DNA of 36,153 nt. It comes from Nemertoderma westbladi (Eukaryota; Animalia; Xenacoelomorpha). The translations under genes were made by a program, and so were the position numbers. Every line of letters begins with the position of its first letter. Within the stretch, counting starts at the first letter, position 1. The stretch is taken from contig JAUCBJ010002011.1 in the NCBI GenBank assembly GCA_032718475.1, positions 1 to 36,153 of the forward strand, written 5' to 3'. Shown here piece by piece: positions 1 through 10,231 of the stretch. The notes beneath the pieces were generated by a model. That model was not told where the DNA came from. It did not search any database and saw only the letters and a list, made by a program, of their open reading frames with translations.

Positions 1-342
1 TAATTCTACCGCTAGCTTTGCATAATGTCACCATAGCAACAACCACGCTAGAATTAGAATTGAGTTAAAAGAACAATAGAAAGCTTGTCCCATTGAATAG
101 CATAGGGAATAAATAGTGCACTGATGGTGTCCAAGGATACATAATAATACAGTGACATTCTGGAAGGCATTGACTAACGGACAAGTGACCCGAGTGTGTG
201 TAATTTGTGACAAGTTGTGTGTGTGGTACTTGTGAGTTTATAGGCGAATGTTACTACTAAGGTGTGTTTACAGTAGCCAGTCGCAATCGTAAAATAACCT
301 AACTCTCCAAGGAAAACCTGAAGTACATCTAAGCCTTTGGGA

Positions 343-487
343 CGGACAGTTGAGTGACTTGTGCCGGTTGTCGTTGTCGTTGTGCGGCTACGTCGTTGGC
401 GAAAGTACAGCGGCGACGACACATCGGCGCTGAGGATCTCGTACTGTCCGGGGGTTGATTGGGTAGGCAGCGACGCCCGCTCGCCTA
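343..487 (+). ncRNA. Conserved cis RNA structure (extended stem-loop plus small hairpin) upstream of the accessory ORF, copy 1
   Basis: 361-385 pairs with 405-430 (25 pairs including G-U, one bulge). CGGACAGT 343-350 pairs with ACTGTCCG 443-450. TAGGC-AGCG/CGCT-GCCTA hairpin at 464-487. Pairing is retained in copy 2. Confidence 0.7.
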
Positions 488-531
488 AATATAAACTCAT
501 TATAATATGGATAAACTCACATATAGCAGAT

Positions 532-1862
532 ATGACGGAGTTGATAGCAGATGGTCTTAGTATCGGGGAGCGATATACTCTACCTTTGCAGGCGTTTGTC
601 GATGGCTTGATGTGCGGCGACGCTGATCCAACTACTACGGAGGACGATGGTCGTTATATCGAACCGCCAATGTCCCAGGAGCAACTTGTGCGTGAATTGG
701 ATTATAGAAAGTTCACTGCTCACTACACGCATCGTAATGGTACGTATATGGACTTCTTGACCACTGGTCATCTTATCGATTTACATAATACGGACTATGT
801 CGACTATATATCCTGCCCAGCGGAGTCGGAACCATAAACTGAAATTCGAATGCAAAAATTCTATTCGAAATCGACTCGAAAGAAAAGACACTAAAGAAAC
901 AAATAAACGCGGTAACTCCAACGTATATTTAGAATTCTTGATAGAAGCATTGTAACAACAAATAAATATCACCCGCGTTTCCCCTACCAGACGTGCGTCT
1001 TTGGTATTATTACGGTAAATGCCCTAGATCCAGCCAATAAACGGAAAGACATAAACATCCACGGAAACGTTGTGTTAAACACAGTTGTGCTCGTTATATT
1101 TACTTGAGTTTCGAGCGAAACTTGTTTGACGTACCACCTATGCTCACTCGGCTCGAACGATCCTGGAGTAAACCTACGATCAGAGTCCCGGAATACTCGA
1201 TCAAACCTCCTCATTCCTTAGTCGGACCTCAGACCTGCGATCCTGGTGGTGTCGCGGATCCTCGTGGACTGTATTCACTGTTCAAAGATCTAGTGCTACC
1301 CTAACAATTAATCGGTAACACTCCGACAGTGATTTCTAGCTAGCCGCCCATCTTACCTAGCCGGATTGTGATGCGGACACCTAATATCACTATCCTACCG
1401 TATGGTCGTCCCCGTTTAACGCGATACAACCCTTCATCAAGGTGAAGGAGAGTTTTGTACGAAACGAGTTAAACGTGATTCTATAAAGATCAAAAAGGAA
1501 ACCTGCGTTTGTTCAGATAAACGTAAGTTATAACAGTAAGTCCAATCGATAAACGAATTGGCCTTATCTCGGTTCGATTGGGAAATCTCGAATCTCTAAA
1601 GATATCAAGCTTAGAAAACCCTATTCTCTGCGAGAGTTTTGGACGAACATATCCCATGACAAGCGGAGGAAAATCAGCTCGAGGAGAAGCATATCGAAAT
1701 GGACGAGACACCGACAGTAAACCCAAACCTTCTAATGCAATCATATTGCACCCTTCACCCAGGAGTTATGGCCCTCCTAGTAAAGTGGTTCCCCCCAAAG
1801 AGAAAAGGACTCTTGCTAGCTTTAAAAAACTGCGTAAACGCCGTCCGCGCGAGAAAGACTAA
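532..1862 (+). pseudogene. Deleted and frameshifted homolog of the accessory ORF
   Basis: MTELIADGLSIGERYTLPLQAFVD matches the N-terminus at 20077. Several indels. A junction near 1707 joins the equivalents of about 21448 and 24176 (about 2.7 kb deleted). Ends KKLRKRRPREKD-stop. Confidence 0.9.
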
Positions 1863-1940
1863 CTGTTTAGAGTATCTTTAGGTTTTAGAAACTGTGATTT
1901 TTATATTTTATAGACTGAAAATCCCATTTTCTGGGAGCGG

Positions 1941-3171
1941 TGTAAAAGCCTTTGCTGAATTGCCCCGTTATTTTTATTATCTTTTACATTAAAATACTCT
2001 GTAGTTGATTTAATAAGTGTAAGAGACCGTATTATTGCTGTATCGGTGTTTTTAGAGGATCTAAGACCTATTTCCTCCGTATGTGTACTGTGAAAGGCAT
2101 ATTTTATGATTCTATGGCAATTCGTGACGCAAAGGGGTGATAGCTACTCTTGAACAGTAGTTACTATGACTACGGTTAACAGCTGACATTCATACGTGTT
2201 GATTTCCTTTGTTCTACGGCGTCTCTCAGTTCAGTCAGCCAATGAGAGCGTTTTTGTGGCTCCTTGTACAGAAAATTTCCGAGAAATGACGCAATGCCTA
2301 TGTGCAGTGTTTACATTCAGTCCTGAGCCTAAGAAAGAACGGCTTGGAAGTATTTTGTGCCTTACTGTTTTTGGTCTTACACTAGTAGGTTTAATTATAA
2401 AGGGCATATATCCTTTAACATACCTAAAGACTACTGCTAACTGATCATACATCCTGACTGCTGAAACATTGCAAACTCGTAACAATCAGTGTTCAGTTGT
2501 TGTTTTATACTGCTATTTACTGTCAGTTCTTCATAATATGGTTGATGAATTATTATATTTGGAATAACGATAAATAACCCCTCAACCCAATATTCTTGAT
2601 ATACCGAAGGTAAGAGAGAAAGGTTACCAATAACGATTGTGACTTATGTTAAAGTGGTTTGAAGTGAATCTAATGTTATTTGATAGACCCTACATGAGTC
2701 AGCCTGTGTTCCTTTTATATGTGACTAAAATCAGTGAAGATTGGCAGATTAGTATGCAGTATTGTGCAGCATTGTGTATGAGTGAGTCTGTTAAAGAAGC
2801 AATTCCTAAAGAATGCGCCATATGTGAATTATAATTAAGCCATATCGTTGTGAGTAGTTTAAGTCATAACTCTGTTTATATAGATAAAGCGCCACGTCCT
2901 AAAGGAACTGTTAATATTCCCGAAGGTGAATAATATTGTCAGAGATTATATAATACTGTCAGTCGAATAATACATTAGGCTTACATAGCAATAAAAATTA
3001 AACCGTCGAACCCAATCTCCCGGGAATATCCAGCGGGTGAATGGTCGCGCACGGATTGGTTTCGACTAGTGTAGTGAATCAAATACTTATCATAGACTAA
3101 AAACAGATTTAATATCTAGAAGACATCTTAATTTGGTGGGTTAAACTGCCAAAGGTCTGAAAGCGCGAACA
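1941..3171 (+). repeat. 3' LTR of the diverged BEL/Pao copy (1231 bp, TGT...ACA)
   Basis: Colinear along its length with the 5' LTR at 6736-7914 but clearly diverged; preceded by the purine tract GGGAGCGG. Confidence 0.92.
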
Positions 3172-3344
3172 CATCCATTCATAAAATAAACACTGACTTT
3201 TTTACTTAGATCTTTATAATGGTACAGCACCGGTATTGGTTTCTTATATTAAATAATAACAGCAGACTAGTTGTTGTTTATTAAGTTGCAAAGACTTTGT
3301 TAAACTAATGTGTTAGTTGGATAGTACGCAAACACGAATCTGGG

Positions 3345-4311
3345 CCGAACTGAACCAGATAGACCATTATTCTGTTTCATAGGAAACAAAGGAGCTCTAT
3401 ACAAGACTATAATACTTTTACACTTCGACACTTCTCCAGTGATCACCGCCTTATTGTGGCCAAGGTAAGAATTAGTCTGCGTGCTAGCAGAACAACGAAA
3501 TCTGCCTTGCCGCGGCATGACTGGTCCTCTCTGTTGCAACAGCCAAGTGTGAGATCCAGCTTCACACTACAGCTGAGCAACAGGTATGAGGTTCTTTCCT
3601 CTGAGGCGACAGATCACTGCGAGGGCTATACTGCCTTCACCGAAGCAGTTAAGTTAGCAGCTGCTGAAACAGTTCCTGTATACCCTCGAAACAGGAAACG
3701 GGCCCCCTGGACTGACAACAAAATTCAGAAGTGCCGAAATGACCTCTACAAGGCGCAGAAAGAGTCCCGACTCAAACAGACTACAGCGGCCAAGAATGCA
3801 GTTAAGGCTGCATCTAGGTCCCTGAACAGGCAGTACTCTGTTAATCTGCAGGAGTTAATAAACCAACAGGTTGATGCCATCAATGATGCTGACGACAGCA
3901 GGCAATCATCCCAGGCATATGGAAATCGATCAACTTGCTTACTGGGCGGAAAAGCCAACCAACCACCAAGGTTAAGGCTGAATCACCAGCCGGTCGCCTC
4001 AATAGTTGGAAGGCCCACTTTGAAAAGCTCCTCAATAATGACAGGATATTGCCTGATAACTTTATATAAGTAAAAGTGTCTGAGTCTGTACTCCCAGATA
4101 TTCCCATTGGTGATATCTCCTTTGCTGAAGTGAAGGCTGCTGCAAAGAGAAGACAGGCATCTGGCTGTTATCTTTTGACTTCTCCAAGGCCTTTGATTCA
4201 CTCTCTCGCCTATGTATGTTCAGCATACTTTCATTATATGGGATTCCTGATGAAATTATTGCAGCAATCAGATCAGTATACGGTGGTTCGACAACAGTTG
4301 TGTCTATCGAG
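3345..4311 (+). mobile_element. Non-LTR retrotransposon (RTE-like LINE) fragment: end of APE endonuclease, linker and part of RT; internally deleted and frameshifted
   Basis: Translates across a frameshift to QIDH-ILFHRKQRSSIQD...FSSDHRLIVAKVRISL (APE C-terminal SDH motif, about 3357-3480). From 4174 it reads FDFSKAFDSLSR...LSLYGIPDEIIAAIRSVY (RT DFxKAFDS...YGIP block). Confidence 0.85.
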
Positions 4312-5742
4312 AACCAAGGAATATGAGGTGATGCAAGGGCTGAGGGAACATGGGGTGACAGAAGTGGGGGTAAAACCAACCAATGGGGGGGGGGGCGCAG
4401 CTGGCAAGTATAACGTGTATCCTTTGGTCAGTCGCCATGTAGGTAGGACTGTGTAATAAGTTTCCCCATAGTTTCCATATATCTGTTAGACAATATTAAT
4501 TGTGTTCAGTTGGCTATTAATTACTGTGGATGTCGGACTGTATACCACCGTCGCCGTAGTTTCTATTGATTGTGCTGTAATTTGTCTACTGGTACTTATA
4601 TATTTATCAGCTATTATTAACAACGATAAACCAATAACTCTTGTATTTTACCAGCCTACGGCCTTCAGCCTTCATAGTCATTATAAACACGGCAATGCGT
4701 AGGAAACACAACAAGAGATTTACCCGGTCGGGATCCCACGCCAACTCGGATCCCATCACATATTATTATATTATTTATTTATTTACAGAATAACCGCGAA
4801 TCAAAAAAGAAATCCTAATAAAGTAATCCAACCCTCTACAGAAAGAAGTTCAGATGTTGGAACGTCAAACTGTCCTAATTATTCCATTGAAGATCAGATC
4901 AAATGATTGAATAACATCAGTTCAATTCCGTATCTTACAGAATATTACATTTAGTTACAAAAAATAATTTATAGTATTTTGTATTAATTTTAATTTATGG
5001 AATTTTCTAACTCTATTTATATAATAAATAATAACAAAGATTTATTAGTATTTTCCATAGGGAGAGCTCGCAATGTTTGCTAAAATTAGATATAAAAGAA
5101 TTAATTTATATCAGATGTAAATACAATTATGATATAAATTTCTTTCAATATTACCTCGTTCTTGGTCGATTTATTCCCATATTATCTGTATTGTGTATTC
5201 GAGTAATACCTGTGTATCTGCTACTTGCCCCTTTGGTAGACACAAACCTGGACCATCCACTAATAAAACGTTTTAATTATAACTCAGAGGTTCCCATTGG
5301 TTATATTATTAACCAATCGGTTCTTTAACCAATAAAACATTGGTTTACAATGAGTGTAACGGAGTTGGTTCCCATTCAGAACTACTATAATGTTATATGT
5401 TTATCTAATCTATTCTAATTATCTCGGTCCCACTGTGGCTGGTTGTGGTTTCCCTAAAGTTACCTGACAACCCTATGTCATTGTACGTCCGTCCGTGTTA
5501 CTAAACTATCAACTCTGTTTGGACAACCGCACTCCATTCTGCATCCAAAATCTCCAGTTCAGCTATTTATATCCTTATAAAGGTTATATTTAGCATTAAT
5601 TCATTACAGCGATCAGTGGATTGGTTACAGACTTGTTCAGTAAACCCAGGGGGGTCTGTATTGGATACACAGGGTTCTTTCTCTATATACTTACATTCCT
5701 ATATGAAACACTGACATGAAACCAAATCAGATTTTCAGCTGT

Positions 5743-6381
5743 TGTAATTATTGAAGGATCATTATTGTGAGCTAACCCTATTCCTTTATATTAATTATTT
5801 GTATTTATTGAAGGATCATTATTGTGAGCTAACCTTATTCCTTTATATTAATTATTTGTAATTATTGAATCATCATTATTGTGAGCTAACCCTATTCCTT
5901 TATATTAATTATTTGTATTTATTGAAGGATCACTATTGTGAGCTAACCCTATTCCTTTATATTAATTATTTGTATTTATTGAAGGATCATTATTGTGAGC
6001 TAACCCTATTCCTTTATATTAATTATTTGTATTTATTGAAGGATCATTATTGTGAGCTAACCCTATTCCTTTATATTAATTATTTGTATTTATTGAAGGA
6101 TCATTATTGTGAGCTAACCCTATTCTTTTATATTAATTATTTGTATTTATTGAAGGATCATTATTGTGAACTAACCCTATTCCTTTATTAATTATTTGTA
6201 TTTATTGAAGGATCATTATTGTGAGCTAACCCTATTCCTTTATATTAATTATTTGTATTTATTGAAGGATCATTATTGTGAGCTAACCCTATTCTTTTAT
6301 ATTAATTATTTGTATTTATTGAAGGATCATTATTGTGAGCTAACCCTATTCCTTTATATTAATTAATTATTTGTAATTATT
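5743..6381. repeat. 57-bp AT-rich minisatellite, 11 near-identical copies
   Basis: Unit ATTGAAGGATCATTATTGTGAGCTAACCCTATTCCTTTATATTAATTATTTGTATTT. The GCTAACC core recurs at 5771, 5828, 5885 ... 6339; one unit is 55 bp. Confidence 0.97.
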
Positions 6382-6485
6382 CGGTTTAATTGATGCAATT
6401 TAATTGGATTGTGTCCCAGTTATTTATATTTAGTCATATTAAAGAAATTATGTGAATATTAATAACATATTAATATTAGAAAGCT

Positions 6486-6606
6486 AGGGGGAGTGAGGGG
6501 TGGGGGGTTGTGTATGTTAGTCTGTTTCATTGGGGAGGGGGAGGGTGTAGGTTAGACTGTTCCATCGGGGTGGTGGGGAGGAGGGGGGAGGAGGGGGGGG
6601 GGGGGG
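6486..6606 (+). other. G-rich tract with multiple G-runs (G-quadruplex potential); C-rich 3' UTR of the minus-strand CRE-like element
   Basis: Many runs of 4 or more G ending in a long poly-G, directly after the minus-strand stop codon at 6609-6611. Confidence 0.6.
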
Positions 6607-6608
6607 TA

Positions 6609-6734
6609 CTAGGGACCATGGACCACCTTGTAGAGTCCCTCGTTGTTAGTGAGTGAAGGGTCCGCGGTCCCCATAATGGAGGCCGCATTTCCGACCACAA
6701 TGGCAACAGCCAGTCTCTGCAGGAGGAAGCGGTG
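6609..6734 (-). pseudogene. C-terminal 41 codons of a CRE-like (restriction-like endonuclease) non-LTR retrotransposon ORF, truncated by the BEL insertion
   Basis: Minus strand reads HRFLLQRLAVAIVVGNAASIMGTADPSLTNNEGLYKVVHGP-stop, resembling the QRL(S/A)xAxxxGNAASxxGT terminus of CRE-type elements. Too short to be in the ORF track. Confidence 0.75.
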
Positions 6735-6735
6735 A

Positions 6736-7914
6736 TGTAAAAGCTTTTGCGGAATTAGCCGGTTATTTTCCCCGCAAAGTACTCTGTAGGTGTTTTAACG
6801 GACATCAAAAGCCGTTTCCTTACTGTACTGGTGTTTTAGTGGACATAAAAAGCCATTTCTTCTGTATGTGTACTTTAGCGGACATAACTAGCAATTCTAT
6901 GTCGCAATACGCTAAAATCCTCTTGAAACAGTGTAGTTACTATGACGACAGCTAACAGCTGATCTGTACACGTGTAGCTTTTCCTTTGTTCTCTGTCGTT
7001 TCTTTGTTCGGTCAACCAATCAGAGCGATTCTCCTGCTTTTTGTACAGAAACCTCCGGGAAATCGCGCAATGCATTATGGGTTAATGTTTACCTTTTTTC
7101 CTGATGCCAGAAGACCGGCTTTGGAATATCTGTGTTTTCAGGCTTTAGCCCAACATTAGTAGGCTTGATCATCGAAACGTATATCTGTTATCCTACTCAA
7201 ACTAATCAATGCAAATCATATTGTCAACTACAAACACCGCATTTTTACTGCTATTTACTGTCGGTCATTAATTATCGGTTGATGGAATATTATTATATTT
7301 GGATAATATCGATCAATAATCAGAAACCCCAATCTTCTTGATATACTGAAGGTTAGAGAGACCGGTTACATATAACAATTGCGACTTACATTAAAGTGGT
7401 TTTAGAGTGAATCTAATGCTATTTCATAGGCACTACATGAGTCGGTTGCTGTTCTCTTTATATGTGACTAAAATTAGTGAAGGTCGGCAGATCAGTGTGC
7501 AGTATTGTGCGGTAGTGTGCATGATTGTGACTGATAACAAAGCATCTCCTAAAGAATGCGCTTTATACGTGAATCCATAGCCATCCCGTTGTGTCTAGTA
7601 TAAGTCATAACTCTGTTTACATATTTAGAGCGCCACGTCCTAAAGGAACTGTTAGTATTTCCCGAAAGTGAATAATATTTGTCAGAAATTATATATTAAC
7701 AATCAGTCGAATAATACAGTAGGCCTACACCGCAATAAGGTCAAAGCTTCCGAATCCAGTCTCCCGGGTATATCCAGCGGGTGAATGGTCACGCATAGAC
7801 TGGCTTCGGCTAATGTAGTGTATCAAATACTCGTCATAGGCTAAAGTCGATTTATAATCTAGAAGACATCTAAATTTGGCAGGTTAAACTGCTGAAGGTC
7901 TGAAAGCGCGAACA
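6736..7914 (+). repeat. 5' LTR (1179 bp, TGT...ACA)
   Basis: Start fixed by identity to 24410; end fixed by loss of homology with the 1941-3171 LTR after GCGCGAACA. CCAAT box near 7016. Confidence 0.95.
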
Positions 7915-7926
7915 ATAACAGATATA
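7915..7926 (+). promoter_or_regulatory. Putative self-priming primer-binding site (not tRNA-complementary)
   Basis: ATAACAGATATA starts at the first base after the LTR and is the exact reverse complement of TATATCTGTTAT at 7180-7191. No TGG-starting tRNA PBS follows the LTR. Confidence 0.68.
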
Positions 7927-7953
7927 TACGTACAATCAAAAAATATAGTTGTC

Positions 7954-8080
7954 TATTGTTCTGGTAAGAACAGTAACAGATATTGATTTCAGATTGCAGT
8001 GTAGGCAATAAATACAGTTTAATATTGTTCTGGTAAGAACAATAACAGATATTGCTTCTTTATTGCACATAGGCAATAAA
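7954..8080 (+). repeat. Two 69-bp leader repeats, each with a hairpin and a copy of the LTR-end/PBS junction
   Basis: TATTGTTCT-GGTA-AGAACA(A/G)TA-ACAGATATTG at 7954 and 8023. GAACAATAACAGATAT also occurs at 7910-7925. Confidence 0.85.
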
Positions 8081-8321
8081 AGGGCAAGAGTACCGGTCGA
8101 CCGGTAACTAGTAGGCCTAACTACCTAACCACCCGAACCGGTACTTACTGCAGTACAGGTACTAGTATTATTTCGATTGTGATATTGTATACCGGTAGGC
8201 TGTTTAAGAGATTAGGGACTGTACACCCCTTGTTTCTTTTGGAGCTTACTTATTTCTGTCAGTTTTATTTACTTGTAGGTTAATATTGAGCAGAAGACGT
8301 GTAAGCCTGCCCAGATTATAC

Positions 8322-8902
8322 AGATAATTTGTAGGCTGGACTGTTGTCTGACTGTTGTTGAGTCTGAGGAGATTGTAGTGTGTGTAGAGCGTATGTCCGA
8401 AAAAGTACTAGCTAGGAACGTAGGGGCTTCCAGTGCTGTGAAGTAAATCCCCTCGAAAGAATAAGTCGTACTACTCGGTTAGAACGCATACTAACTAACC
8501 ATTTCGGAGTCTGCATATACTGTAGTTTGTTTAGGCTTGATAGTAGTCTGCCAGCGTTTGGGCTGTATTTTGTATGTGTAGTCTGTACGGGTAGCGTAAT
8601 ATTTCTTATTTAGATAATTTGTAGGCTGGATTGTTGCCTAGCTGTTGTTAGGTCTGAAGAGATTGCGGTGTGTGTAGAGTGTATGTCCGATAAAGTACTA
8701 GTTAGGAACATAGGGGCTTCCAGTGCTGTGAGGTAAATCCCCTTGAAAGAATAAGTCGTACTACTCGGTTAGAACGCATACTAACTAACCATTTCGGAGT
8801 CTGCATATACCGTAGTTTGTTTAGGCTTGATAGTATTCTGTCAGCGTTTTGGGCTGCATTTTGTTTGAGTAGTCTGTACGCGTAGCATAATATTTATTAT
8901 TC
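8322..8902 (+). repeat. 290-bp tandem duplication in the 5' leader
   Basis: AGATAATTTGTAGGCTGGA starts at 8322 and 8612; the copies are colinear with scattered substitutions. Confidence 0.95.
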
Positions 8903-9847
8903 AGAGTTTATGCGATTATTCGCAACATTCATATCCCCAAGTTTATTCCTACAGTAATTGTGCTTGTTATATATACCGTTATAGTTAAATTAACCCCGGT
9001 ACTACATCAGGGCTGCTTGGCATAGGTAAAGACTGGTGATTTTATGCCCCGGTCACTCCAGCAGATACCGTGGTTCTTTTAGCCGTACAAGTATTTCTAA
9101 CTGCTGATTATTTGTTGTATAAGTACTTGTACCTAATTTAGGGTTTAGTGTACAGTACTTTCCGAAGGTAATTAGTGTGTAGGCAGTATATTTGTGTTGT
9201 AAAGTGGTTAATAGGCAAGTTGGTTCTGGTAGACCGTGGTAATTAACTTCTAGGTAGGAACACTCCGTGATACATAACGTAGTACTTATAGCGATACGGC
9301 TATAAGTCGTCAGACGGTGGTATTTTTCCTATCTGGACAACGCAGTATATTTACTACTACTTATTATTTTCAAATACCGTAGTACCCTGTCCGTTGTAAT
9401 AACCAGATATTCTAACCCTTTGTTAGGCTGGTTTGTAGACTTCTTGTAAAATTACCCTAAAAATTCGTACGTGTAATTTTTGTGTTTATTTAGAGATTGT
9501 AATCTCACCCCGAATTGTACGTAATTTGTAGTAATAAGTAACTTAGGTAAATTAGAATTATTAGTTTTAGTGTCCAACAAGTAGCACTTCACTGAGAGCG
9601 TACAGCTTCTGTGCAGTGACTCCTTCCCAGAAATAATAACATTTATTTCAAATATTGACAAAACCCATTATACGGGTATATATATATTATAAATCAACTC
9701 AAACGATTTATAAAATAGTAGGCCTGTCTTACAACAATTAGGTCTAAATATCAGTTGGACTACTGCTTAAATAACGGTAATAAAGTAAGTAAAGTAACTA
9801 AGTAACCCCTAAAATTCAGAAATTCAATTATTCTAAAATAATTGACA

Positions 9848-10095
9848 TACCGGTATTTACGATAGGCTTATTATATTTATTTCTATAAATTTAGGCTGAA
9901 ATTATACCGGTATTCTGTAATTAATTCTAGTCCATAATTATACTTATATATACTATAAGTGTAAGCTGTATACCGGTATTCACGATATGCCTATTATATA
10001 TTTATATATATTTGTACTGAAATTATATACCGGTATTCTGTGACAAATCTAGTCTGTAATAATACTTATATATATACTATAAGCATACCGGTATT
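9848..10095 (+). repeat. About 122-bp AT-rich tandem duplication with ATACCGGTAT palindromes just before gag
   Basis: Units begin ATACCGGTATT(T/C)ACGATA near 9848 and 9970; five ATACCGGTAT copies in the interval. Confidence 0.85.
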
Positions 10096-10231
10096 CTAAT
10101 ATATTGTATATATATCACGTTACATAGAGTGACGATATCGGTAATTAATTACTAGGCTAACAGTTAATACTGAATTACTAGACTTGCTTTAACTGTAATA
10201 CAGCAGTAGGCATCCAACTGTATAAACAAAC

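Larger units (their letters stand above)
1..3171 (+). mobile_element. 3' portion of a diverged, decayed copy of the same BEL/Pao family (accessory-ORF leader, accessory ORF remnant, PPT, 3' LTR); 5' part lies outside the window
   Basis: Position 1 aligns with 19548 of the large element. ATG 532 corresponds to ATG 20077. TCTGGGAGCGG|TGTAAAAGC at 1930-1949 matches 24399-24418, and the LTR ends GCGCGAACA at 3171. Confidence 0.92.

Noticed and set aside
401-460. Hammerhead ribozyme (GAAA and CTGAGGA near the leader hairpin; also CTGAGGA...CGAAA at about 8364-8403)
   Set aside because: Core motifs lack a correctly paired stem II and cleavage-site context.
4350-4760. Solo LTR (TGT 4450/4452 to ACA 4760) and a tRNA-Leu PBS-like GGTGACAGAAGTGGG
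   Set aside because: No TSD, no second copy in the window, and the arrangement is not coherent.
5743-6381. CRISPR-like array, and the 108-aa ORF at 5865-6191
   Set aside because: Units are contiguous with no unique spacers; the ORF is a by-product of a 57-bp (19-codon) period.
6875-7341. Short ORFs within the LTRs (also 24549-25015 and 2196-2834) and antisense ORFs over gag-pol and the transposase
   Set aside because: Not conserved as ORFs between the diverged LTRs, no motifs, and shadowed by real genes.
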